A DNA stretch of 49,935 nucleotides, filler included, from Bipalium vagum (lineage: Eukaryota), in assembly GCA_037834085.1 (NCBI GenBank). It is 2 parts of 2 records of this genome, joined end to end, with 100 filler letters (N's around TTAATTAATTAA, not from the genome) between each part and the next. Parts side by side here need not be neighbours in the genome. Positions count along the whole stretch, not along the records: positions 19,808 to 49,935 come from JBBMKC010004290.1; 1 more part is not named here. One strand, 5' to 3'. Both the position numbers and the translations under genes were made by a program. The notes beneath the pieces are model-generated. The model did no database searches and had not been told where the DNA came from. It worked only from the letters and a program-made list of their open reading frames with translations. This document shows, piece by piece, positions 39,948-49,935 of this stretch (position 1 is its first letter; each line of letters opens with the position of its first letter).

Positions 39948-40340
39948 GGTGGTTTGATAAGTATAACAACTGACAGACTAGTGTAGTCACAAAAATAAAA
40001 AAAACTTTCTTATTGAGAAGTACAATCAACTAATTTAATAATATAAAACTTTTATATTAATTCATATGTTAGGTTTTCGTTTAAATCGTTTGAAATAAGT
40101 AATTTTTTTATTTTATGAAAAATGAAAAAAATGAATTTTGTGTAGTGATTAAGCACTACTTTTTAAAAGGGAAAATAGCCAAAGAAACAGGAAACCTCAA
40201 GAAGCATTACGGTGAATGTTTTCCATCAGTTTTTATAGTAAAATATTGGATCACTGAATTCAAATGTGGCTTATCATGCACAATTGCCAAACAAAAATCA
40301 GGTCGTTCGAAAAAGATAACTACACCAGAAATGATCGATC
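39948..40340 (+). mobile_element. mariner 5' fragment, irritans (Himar1-like)
   Basis: EKNEFCVVIKHYFLKGK…YWITEFKCG…SGRSKKITTPEMI, preceded by TIR-like ggtggtttgataagt. Confidence 0.8.
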
Positions 40341-40379
40341 GTACTAAGATAAATCATACACCCGCTTATAAAATAATTA

Positions 40380-41598
40380 CGTGGCCAGACACTTAGACTA
40401 TCAAAAATAATGAATATATTTTAATAAAATTTAACACATAAAATAATAATCATTTATAAGCATGAAATACATGATTTGTTTAAATATTCTAATTTATTTT
40501 CCACTAGACATGATAAATTCAAAAAAATGTTTGAAAATGTAAAATTCCGAAGTGTGATCCGGTTTTTACTAATGAAGGGTTCTGCCAAGCAGAAAATTAT
40601 CAATGAGCTGAAAATGTTATATGGTGAAGAAGCCTTATGTACGGCGACCATCTATAACTGGATCTGCGATTTTTCATCTGGCCGTACAAGTGTTTATGAA
40701 GCATCCAAAAGTGGAAGACCTGACGAAATTAATGAAGAAATAATTACAAAATTGTAATAAAGAACGAAAATATACAGACGCTCAGCTGTAAAAGAAGCTG
40801 AATGTATGCAAAAAAACCACCCAGTTACTTTTAGACCAAATTAGAGTCCAAAGGTCATGTAGCAGCTTCGTGCCGAGATTTCTAACAGCTGCTATGATAA
40901 CTAGACAAAAAATGACCTGTGAAAAGAATCTTCGTCTTCTGGATTTTGTCGGACCAAATTTTGTATTGAATATCATAAGTATAGATGAGACACCATTGAG
41001 TCTCTATATTCCTTATTCTAAAAGAAAGTCAAGGGAATGTGTTTTCCAAGATGAGAAGCCATTAAAGTCTTGCGTCTTCGAATTTTGCATCGTAAATATG
41101 CTATGTTAACAGTCTTTTTGGATAGAAAAGACATCTTGAAGCTAGATTTTACTAAAGAAATCGTAAATTTTAATCACTACAGTGATCTCTTACTTGAAAC
41201 CAGAACTATCCGACTCAAGCCACTGAATCAAAATAGTTTTTTTCACACATCTAAGAAATCCCAAGAAACATTAACAAAGCTGGATTTTTGCAGCTTGACA
41301 TCCCCCTTACAGTCCAGATCTAGTACCAAGTGATTTCTGATGTTTAACCATCTGAAGAAATATTTGCGAGAACAACTAGTTTGTTTCAAAGGAGGATGTG
41401 AAGGATTAAGTGACGAAATTCCTCATGGAAAAGGATCAAAATCTATTTAAATTGGCTTTAATGGAATGGTCGCCGGTGGAAAAGTGCGTCGATGTCGAGA
41501 AATGAGGCCTATATATGTATATTTATTGTTAATAAAAATTTTGTTCAGTTATCTTCATTATTTCTGGTAGAGTCTAAGTACTTTTTAGCCTTGCCATG
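40380..41598 (+). mobile_element. near full-length mariner element, decayed
   Basis: Imperfect TIRs cgtggc…acttagact / agtctaagt…gccatg with TA flanks. FRSVIRFLLMKG…SGRP, FVPRFLT, ISIDET, PYSPDL. Confidence 0.88.
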
Positions 41599-42700
41599 TA
41601 ACTTGTAACAATTATAACATTTAGGAAACTATTTTTATTTTTATACATGAAATTTTTTCTATTATCCAAATGCAACTAAAAAATAAATATTTGTTAAAAA
41701 TATCTATTAATCTTACTGTGAATAGTAAACATTGGAGACTCTATTATTTAATATATAATAGAAATTCAGTCTAAATCAAACACTGAATTGTAAAATGTCA
41801 TCGATATTATTTTCCTTGTGAAATGTGTTTAAAAACCTGGAAAATCTTTCTCGTTATATATTCAGATTACTTTTAAAAAAACACCATTTTTTTAATTGTA
41901 TGAGATATAAATAATTATATTTTAGACTTCTCCGGATTAAATTTTATTCTTGAGTAGTATAGAATTTTCTCCATGTAAAAAGAATTCTGTTATCAGTTAA
42001 ATTGTCAAAATAATTTTAAATTAGGAACAATTATTATTATTATTACTAATATTATCGTCTAAGTTATTTAAAATTATTTTTTGTTTATTATTATTATTAT
42101 TATTATTATTTGGAAATGGACAATCCCAATACTATTATCAAGAGGTTCATCAAAGATCATTAGGTATCTTTAAATTATATTAAATTCCAAAAATTGTAAA
42201 ATATTCTCTTTAAACCAATTTTTAAAATAACTTTTAGGAACTATAATTTATAAAATTAAGTTTATACATAAAAAATAAGTTCATTTTTTCACAAATTTGT
42301 ATCTAACAACATTAAATAGAAATTATAACTTAACTCTAATTTACAATAATCATATTGCAAATGGATCCACTTACGAAATATTATAATGATATATTACTTA
42401 AGTATAATTAGTTACATCCAAATATAACCAGAAGACAAATAATAGTGAATACGTCATTAACATAGTTGTCAGCTCTAGAGACTGTAATGTTTTATATAAA
42501 ATAGGTTTTAATATAAATGAAATATATAATTGGAAAAATATTGTTTTTATGTTTTTGAAATGGTAAAAAATGTGGAAATGATAGGGAAGGTAATTTTACC
42601 ATAATAATTTCATTTTAAAAGACATGTGTGGATAAAAAAAAATTTTGAACAGAAATAAAGTTAAGAAGTCCATGAAATTTCTATAAAGGTAATTAATATA

Positions 42701-42920
42701 TTAGGTTGTAACATAAGCTTTCGTGATTTAGAATATGTATTTATAGTCAATAAAATATTCGATTTCCAAATAATAATGAAAATTCAATCGATAAAGTAAT
42801 GCCCGTTATCATATAAGATTTTATTCCATCTTTGCACTAGTTTGTTGAAACCTTTATTCTAGAAATTACCATATCTTAGAATTTGTCAACCATTTTTTGC
42901 AAGGGAGCTCAAAAAACTTT
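42701..42920 (-). mobile_element. mariner 3'-end fragment
   Basis: TA+ttaggttg TIR-like end; minus strand reads KLVQRWNKILYDNGHYFID*. Confidence 0.65.
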
Positions 42921-43139
42921 ATTTTTGTTAAATTATGAGCTGAATATAATTTATAATTATTAAGGGTAAAATAGAATACAAGTATCAATCATTGATCAAA
43001 GCGAATAATGGTTGAATTAATAAATAAGTTAAACCTGAGATAGTGTATTAATAAAATTATTAATATATGTATTAATAATGTAAATGATTATGATTGTAAC
43101 AAGTAACTGCACGTTTGAATACAGAGTTCACGCTAGTTT

Positions 43140-43450
43140 GTTATACATTGCTAGTGATCAAACTCGGCATACAATGAAGTTTGTTAGAAACTCACTTTGT
43201 TAGATATTTAACTACCCAGAATATCTTGTTAACAAAGCTTGAAGAAGCAAATTTCTTGAAGTCTAATAGACAAATTCAGGATAGACCAACTGAATGAGGA
43301 AACGCAATTAATGATATGACGAAAGTTATGAATGATGAATCAAAAACTTCAATGAGAAGACTATCCAAAGAACTTGATATTATTAAATCAATAGCACATT
43401 ATATTTTGAAGACTTAGATATGTGACATAAACCCATACTTATCCACCTTC
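43140..43450 (+). mobile_element. Tc1/mariner HTH relic
   Basis: SKTSMRRLSKELDIIKSIAHYILK, resembling a second HTH motif. Confidence 0.4.
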
Positions 43451-44089
43451 AGTAACTGAACAAAAAATATATAATGAAATGTAAACCTACCTGATTCAAA
43501 AAGATCTGATCTAAAAAAATTATTAGTTCATTTTGACTTGAAAAAAATATTTTCTGAAGAACCTTTTAATGGAAATTTTCCTAAAATCAAACTGACAAAA
43601 CTAATTAAACATCAATTAGGCTGTATTAGCTGCCTTTAAAAATTATTTCTTTTTCTTAATATATTATTTTTTTATTAATTTAAATTTTGTTATCATGACT
43701 AACACCACGGTTGAAACCCAATATTGATCAATAAAGATAAGAATAAATTTAATTAAAAATTCCTCATACAATTTCATCTTTTATTCTGTTTATCTTATAG
43801 TACGTTGCATGTAGAGTTAATAAAATTTGTAGCTATAAAATCGGTCACAATAAAATTGGTTGTAATCGAAGTCGCTGTAAAGCTTTATGGTACTTACATT
43901 TTTATTGTCTTTCAAATTCATAAATATCATTCTAAAAATAAAACTTAGCTATTATCATTTAAATTTTGGTATCTGTAATATACAATTATGCTATATTTTA
44001 TATTGTTAATATTATATTTTACCTAAGTTTTGGATTGTAAGACAATAATGGTAATAAAAATCAAAAGATCAATTACGTATTGTAATTGA

Positions 44090-44360
44090 TTTCTCTGGGG
44101 GGGAAAGGGTAATAGACTAAAATTTTTTTATAATACATTTGAAAATGCGTGATCATTGATACAAAAATCATTATTAAAGTAAAATTGTAGAACCAATCTA
44201 TAATGGTACAACAGAAGAAATGGTTCATTACTTTTTCTCGAAAGGTGTTTTAAAACAATGTTTGCCATGCAAATCTTGTTCTAAACCAATGTTAATCAAA
44301 CCAGACACGAGAAATAAGGATGTTGTAGCATTTTTGTGTGTGAAAAAAAAGCGTCCATAG
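44090..44360 (+). mobile_element. third Merlin-family fragment
   Basis: VEPIYNGTTEEMVHYFFSKGVLKQCLPCKSCSKPMLIKPDTRNKDVVAF, homologous to ~4305-4445 and ~27210-27340. Confidence 0.75.
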
Positions 44361-44676
44361 ATAAAAAAAGAAATGGACATTATAAAAAAAGTAGATGTTA
44401 ATAAAATTGTTATTTTTCTTTCAATACGCGTTATAATTTCATTAATTTCTCTCTATATTATTATTTATTATCGTAAACCTTAGTACCTTTGAAAAATATT
44501 AGAATCATTATTCTTACACATAATAATTTAACCATAAATTAATAAAAAAATCAATTCTTTTTCCCTCTATGTCGAATATAAAGTGGAAAGATTGCAATTT
44601 GTTAAAGATTCGACAAAAATACCAAAGATATGTCGGGAAAATGCTTCATTAAAAACAAAATTATTATCAATTGATC

Positions 44677-46602
44677 TCAATCGCCAAAGCAATCCAATGG
44701 CTTACACGAATGGATAATATCTTCGACCAATTCTTCGATGCTCTCCTGGCAACTTTCGCAATAGTCTCTCACAAATTTCAACTTCTCAATTAGCGAATCT
44801 ATTTCCGAACCATTCGACTCAGTGGGCATGCTAGAACACTTCCGATACTGGAGCCGCGGCAGCGTTTGGAACAGATATGACGAGAACCTTTGATCGGAAT
44901 GTCCATCGTTGAAATATGGCAGAACAAGTAACAAATCACGGAGACGGAGAGTCACAGTGACTTCTTGAAGGAAATCTATGAGACGAACTGTTAGATCGAT
45001 AAAATTCTGTGTTTCATCATTCTGACCACGACACAAAGCCACTAAACAAAAAAACAAGTTTTCCATCAATATTTCGTCATGAAAATCGACAGTTTTTAAC
45101 AAACAATCGACTATTTCCGTGAAAAGGGCAATCAAATCACGGGATTGATGAGGACGAAAATTCAACTCAATCTCGTTGACCTCGAGTACCATGATCAATA
45201 GTTGCTTTGCCAATTGTATAGAACGAGTAGACAAAAGATCGAGATCCTTGGAGTTAATGTATTTGTGGACGGCGCGATTTTGGATGGTGATCAGGATCTC
45301 AATTTCCCGCACCAACAGTTTTACCTTGTTGGAGACTGTCATTTTAACGCTGGATAAGCAGTCTGACAAGAGATTCAAATAAAACTCTTGAATTTCTTCG
45401 TTATCGATTTCAAGTATTGATTTTCTATAACTTTCCAAAATCTGATGATAGGTTTGGAAAATACTGTCGCAATCTGAACTGGTCCAGAAGTATTGATCGT
45501 CCCTATACAAACTCCTGAACCAAGTTCGAATAAGGACTCTTTCATTAACGTCCAAAATGTTTCTGAAACCATTGTCAATGAAATAAGAGCTTACCAATTT
45601 TACCTCTGACTCTCCGAAAAGAACGTCTTTGAATAACTCAAACCGTCTTTTTTCAATCAGATCAATAACCATTTTGGTGGGAACCAAGCCCAGATCGATT
45701 TTTTTAATCGACCAAAATGCTTTGACTAATTTTTCGTTACTTTCCGACCCCTTATCAATACATTTGTTCCAAAGATATTCACTTAATGCGTTCTGTTTGA
45801 TCATTATTTTGACCAGATGTCCTTTTAACATATACATCAATTTGTTACAAAAAGCCACAAGTTTTTCTTCATTCATGAATTCCACAATCTTAATAAGATT
45901 CAATTCAAACTTTTGGTTAACTTTCGTACATAACGCATAGCAGTAAATTAATTCTGGCTTTTTCGAAAAATATGATAAACTAATATTTCTTAAACAAAAT
46001 TCAATTTCTTCAAAAATATAGCAATCTTTCTCTAAATTCTTTTCAAGCAAATTTATTAACAAAAAAATTTGATCATCGATTGAGTTGAAAACATATGACA
46101 GCATTTTACTGCGATAACCTTCGTAAAATGCATCGTGACAGTATTGAATAAAAACATCTACCACAACATTTTGAAATATCGATTGAAATATTACATTATT
46201 GCAATTAAAATAAGCATCTAGCATTTTACTATATGTATTAACTCTAAATTCTATGACGTTCAAGAGTTTTGAGATACACCATAATCCAATATAGAAATAT
46301 TCAGAATCATTACGATTGAAACAGTTGATAATAGTTTCCTCAATAAATCCATGACAAGCTTTGCTCTTATGAGTTAAAGCTACACAAACTTGAGTTAGAT
46401 TTGGATGAGCCAAATTTGTTATGTTTCTGTAATTACTTATATTATCAATTAGAATATTATCTGATAAATATATATTGTTCCAAAAGCTTTCATGAAAAAT
46501 ATTTTTGCAAAAGAGACAATCTGCAAGTCTATTTATCACAGTATCATCAATAGAACGATTAAATTCAGAATTTAAAATTGTTGAAATCGAAGATAATGAC
46601 AT
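44677..46602 (-). CDS. intronless hypothetical protein, 641 aa, probably alpha-helical
   Basis: A 1926-nt uninterrupted ATG-to-TGA ORF in very AT-rich DNA is unlikely by chance. Leu/Ile-rich amphipathic pattern; no motif recognised. Confidence 0.85.
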   Translation of the reverse strand: MSLSSISTILNSEFNRSIDDTVINRLADCLFCKNIFHESFWNNIYLSDNILIDNISNYRNITNLAHPNLTQVCVALTHKSKACHGFIEETIINCFNRNDSEYFYIGLWCISKLLNVIEFRVNTYSKMLDAYFNCNNVIFQSIFQNVVVDVFIQYCHDAFYEGYRSKMLSYVFNSIDDQIFLLINLLEKNLEKDCYIFEEIEFCLRNISLSYFSKKPELIYCYALCTKVNQKFELNLIKIVEFMNEEKLVAFCNKLMYMLKGHLVKIMIKQNALSEYLWNKCIDKGSESNEKLVKAFWSIKKIDLGLVPTKMVIDLIEKRRFELFKDVLFGESEVKLVSSYFIDNGFRNILDVNERVLIRTWFRSLYRDDQYFWTSSDCDSIFQTYHQILESYRKSILEIDNEEIQEFYLNLLSDCLSSVKMTVSNKVKLLVREIEILITIQNRAVHKYINSKDLDLLSTRSIQLAKQLLIMVLEVNEIELNFRPHQSRDLIALFTEIVDCLLKTVDFHDEILMENLFFCLVALCRGQNDETQNFIDLTVRLIDFLQEVTVTLRLRDLLLVLPYFNDGHSDQRFSSYLFQTLPRLQYRKCSSMPTESNGSEIDSLIEKLKFVRDYCESCQESIEELVEDIIHSCKPLDCFGD

Positions 46603-46799
46603 TAAATGACACTTGAATTTAAAATTATAAAAGTAATATTAAAACAAAACACTTTATAATGAAATTAAATAAAAATTTTGTAGTTACAAATACACTAAAA
46701 TTTAAATAAGTCCTCCTCTTTAATAAGGTCACAGTTGATTGTTCGAGATTTTCATAATAAATTCCATCCCTTTAAAGTAATTCTAGATATCCAAGTAAT

Positions 46800-47600
46800 T
46801 ATAAAAACAAAAGTAAAATATCACAATAAATGTATTAACCATTATTACATTCATATTCGATTTCTGAAAATCCGATTCAGAGTTGACAGCTAAGCATTTA
46901 ATTTTATCAGTTAAATCATTTGGAAAGATAAATTTCAAGAAAAGTTGCTCTTAAGATTGGATCATTGATCATAAGAAGATCAGGACGATTATCCAAAAAT
47001 TAAGTTTTAACCTTTGATTAGCTCTTAGTCCTATAAATCCCAACTTTCTTTAAGCCATTTCCCCATTACCTCAAAAGATGGGGCTTAACTTTTTCTGAAC
47101 TCAATTTTTCTTTATCATGCAAATTTATCCATTTATAAGAAATGATTTTAAAATTACACTTTGAAGATTTAAACCAGTAAGTACAATATAAAATCTTTTT
47201 AGCAAGTTTTTGTCTTTCTTTGAAATTTGTGGTCTAGCACTGTCAAAAACCAGGAAAAGAGAGTTAGCATGAGTATTGATTGTAGAATACATGAAAATAA
47301 TCCACTAAATAAAAAGTTTTGAATTGATCCATGTCTTTAAAGAAAATAATCGAACGATATCTTCTTTTCAACAAATAGATTTATCTTTTCCTTTGATTAT
47401 AAGTAATATATCAAGCTTTTTTGATATATGTACAGCACAGATTTCAGTTATTTGGAAATTCATTAATTAGCGAATGAAACTGCGATTTTTTGCACTAATG
47501 TTGTTAATGGTGAATGGCAAAATGAATGATAGTCTCATCAAGACTATAGATATTCTTATTGTTTCCTCTGGTTATTTAACTGAAAAATCCTAGTAGCCAA
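46800..47600 (-). mobile_element. pogo-type DDE_1 transposase relic
   Basis: Minus-strand blocks in order: DET, KKLDILLIIKGK, KTWINSKLFI*W, LFLVFDSARP. Confidence 0.65.
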
Positions 47601-47969
47601 TAAGCAAATAGAAATCAGTTTTAGATTATAAGACTATTCTTCATAACATTATTATTCATTTATATCAGAGAAAAAACAAATAAATGTAGAAAACTACATA
47701 AAACATGAAGTGAAAAGAAAAATAAACACAAAAAATTTAAGATGGATTACTAATGCTTTTAATAAAATTTTGATTATTTAAAGTATTAAAGAAAACGTAA
47801 GTTAATTAAAAAAATATGGGAAAAATATATATTTCTTTTTAAAAAATTTTATTTTATTTCTTTTTAAATTTGTTAGATTAAAAATTGATGAATCGGATCC
47901 TATTAGTTCATTTGGTTACTTGAGAAATCTTAAATATAAGAGGCAAAGATTCATGAAAGATATTAAAGA

Positions 47970-48044
47970 CCGATGATGGTTCTAGTGGTTCAAGCAAGGC
48001 GTTGCAAGCTTCAAAGGTAAACAATGTTTAATCCCACCATCAGT
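47970..48044 (+). other. degenerate tRNA-like sequence (possible second SINE head)
   Basis: A-box-like TGGTTCTAGTGG, a TTGCAA loop, a weak B box (TGTTTAATCCC) and partial acceptor pairing c(c)gatg…catcag. Confidence 0.3.
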
Positions 48045-49935
48045 GGTAAACAAAGAGGTTCTGTGTGTCAAGGTGGAGCAAAAGGCTATATACTATCAGA
48101 CGAACTAGGTCCTTCACAAAGCATAATTGGTATTCATTTCCATATTTTTATTTTAAGTGTAGGAATCCTCTACAAAATGTTCTTACAATTTAACCAAAGA
48201 CTAAGCTAAACGTCGAAGTGATTTTGATTCAAACCAGTTCACAAGACATCTGATTTTGGAAGATTTTTTTACAGAGCGGCAAATAGTGGTTTCAGTCTGA
48301 AAAATTGGTTAATGAAGATGTTTTGCCTGAGAACCTTGTGACGAATATCTAGTTATATCCTGTTCTCTTAGAATTTCCTTCAGATGACCTGGTCATTGAT
48401 GCCATACTATATGCTGAAAAACTGAAGCACATCCATTATCCTATTTAATGTTTTCAAATCAACATCCAGTCTGAATCATATAAAATCTTAAATCTTAAGA
48501 ATAAATATCAAATTTATTTTTTTAATGAATAAAAATTTTCAAAAAGTGAAAAAGATTTAAAGAAAAAAACGATATCATTCTTGGAAAAACAAAACAATAC
48601 GAAATATAAATGATACAAATGGACCGAGAAAGTTTTATTACTCAGATCCCCTCAAGAGTCATTAAACTGAAAGATGACATTTAAGGTAGAATTGATATGC
48701 ATTATATAAATAGTTGAAACAGCTCAAAAAATTCTGAACAAAGTCCCATAAAACAAAAATGAAGAATAATTCTCATAAATTAATTTATTATTTTGAAATC
48801 TAATTAATATTTTTTTCAAGAAAAACAAAAACCTCTCACAAATAAAAATACATAAAAATTTTAAAAAAAGAAATATTTTATTCGGTTGAGAAACGGTTTC
48901 GTTTTAATGGCAAAAGTAATATTTTTCATTTTTATAATAATTTCTAAAAATATTTTTATGCAACAATAAAAAATTAATCAAAAACTAAGACCATTAAATA
49001 ATGACATAATCTGAAAAGGAAAGATTGATAAAAGAGATTTTACATCATTAGAGTAAGCGTAAAAATTCTCTACTCAGAAAATGATTTTTATATTTTCTTA
49101 ATGGAAGTTTATGTGTAAAAAGATTATATACGTACATATATATAATATCTTTGGAAATTTTTGAAAAAAATTATGAAAGTATATTTTTACATAATGATGA
49201 CAAGAAAGCGTTTATTGAACAAATATTAAGCTTTTGAATATTTTTACAAATTTATTCATATAATAATTGTAGAAAATAAATTTTATTTATTTATATTTAA
49301 TTTTTAGGATTTTCAATAAAAACTTATTATCGATTTTTATTTATAATCGTTTCATATTTACTCTACACTGTTTAGACAGATACACTCGCAAATAATCCCT
49401 GTTCTACCAGGATTTTGCTCCGTCGAAATCATATTATTATTTTATTCTTTAGAGAATAATTGAATTTAGTTAATCTTTTTTCATTGATTTGGGATTTTTT
49501 CAATGTTTCTATTTCATTTGTTAGACGACAGTGAAAGAAATATTATTTTATTTTTTAAACTGAAAACTGAAACTGTTCGTAATGTGGAAATTTTATTTAG
49601 ATTTCATTAAGAATTGCTCTGATCAAACTATTCCCATATTGCAAATTTATTAATTTATTAATTACAATTCTTTTTCTGAGAAATAGAAAGAAAACTTGAA
49701 AATTCTATTTTTCTCACGACGATTGAAATTTGCCGACATCAGCCCAATTCTCGACAAAGTCAAAACAGCACCAGACAAAGCTTCATATATGACATCTCAT
49801 TATACTTAAAATATTTTTAACAATTAACCAAATCCATTTATGATTCTGTCATTTGTTTTAAAATCTAAAATGTTCGAATAGTGAGCTATTAATAAATAAT
49901 TAATTTTCCTTATTTTTTTCCCTTTTTGATACATA

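Noticed and set aside
44677-45200. Lines/LINS-like identity for the 641-aa protein
   Set aside because: Only a vague resemblance in hydrophobic pattern; the diagnostic motifs were not seen.
45176-45940. Short ORFs 45176..45382, 45375..45578 and 45629..45940
   Set aside because: They are antisense or alternate-frame shadows of the 641-aa gene. The same applies to 1632..1943, 1771..1983, 31307..31564, 31723..31962 and the ORFs antisense to the transposases.

Overview
This is AT-rich eukaryotic (probably invertebrate) genomic DNA. It has very short GT-AG introns (mostly 42-74 nt), (ATT)n microsatellites and a dense load of decayed transposons; a flatworm/planarian-like host fits but is only an inference. 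Host genes assembled by hand: (1) a 4-exon orphan gene (-, 1677-3026); (2) a spliced STE11/MEKK-like Ser/Thr kinase with a frameshift (-, 8555-10821); (3) upstream on the same strand, ten consecutive 99-nt phase-0 exons each encoding exactly one ankyrin repeat (13646-15029); (4) a secreted PAN/apple-domain gene (31203-32163) and its pseudogenised paralogue (37888-38808); (5) an intronless 641-aa orphan (-, 44677-46602). Repeats include several mariner subfamilies, maT-like and rosa-like Tc1/mariner elements, pogo/Tigger relics, three Merlin (IS1016/IS1595-like) copies (two with 8-bp TSDs), Ty3/Gypsy pol fragments and a tRNA-Ala-derived SINE-like element with competing RNA folds. A 100-nt scaffold gap with an artificial linker lies at 19708-19807. 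The best candidate for a novel system is the one-exon-one-ankyrin cassette array, variable at binding-surface positions and possibly linked to the kinase.
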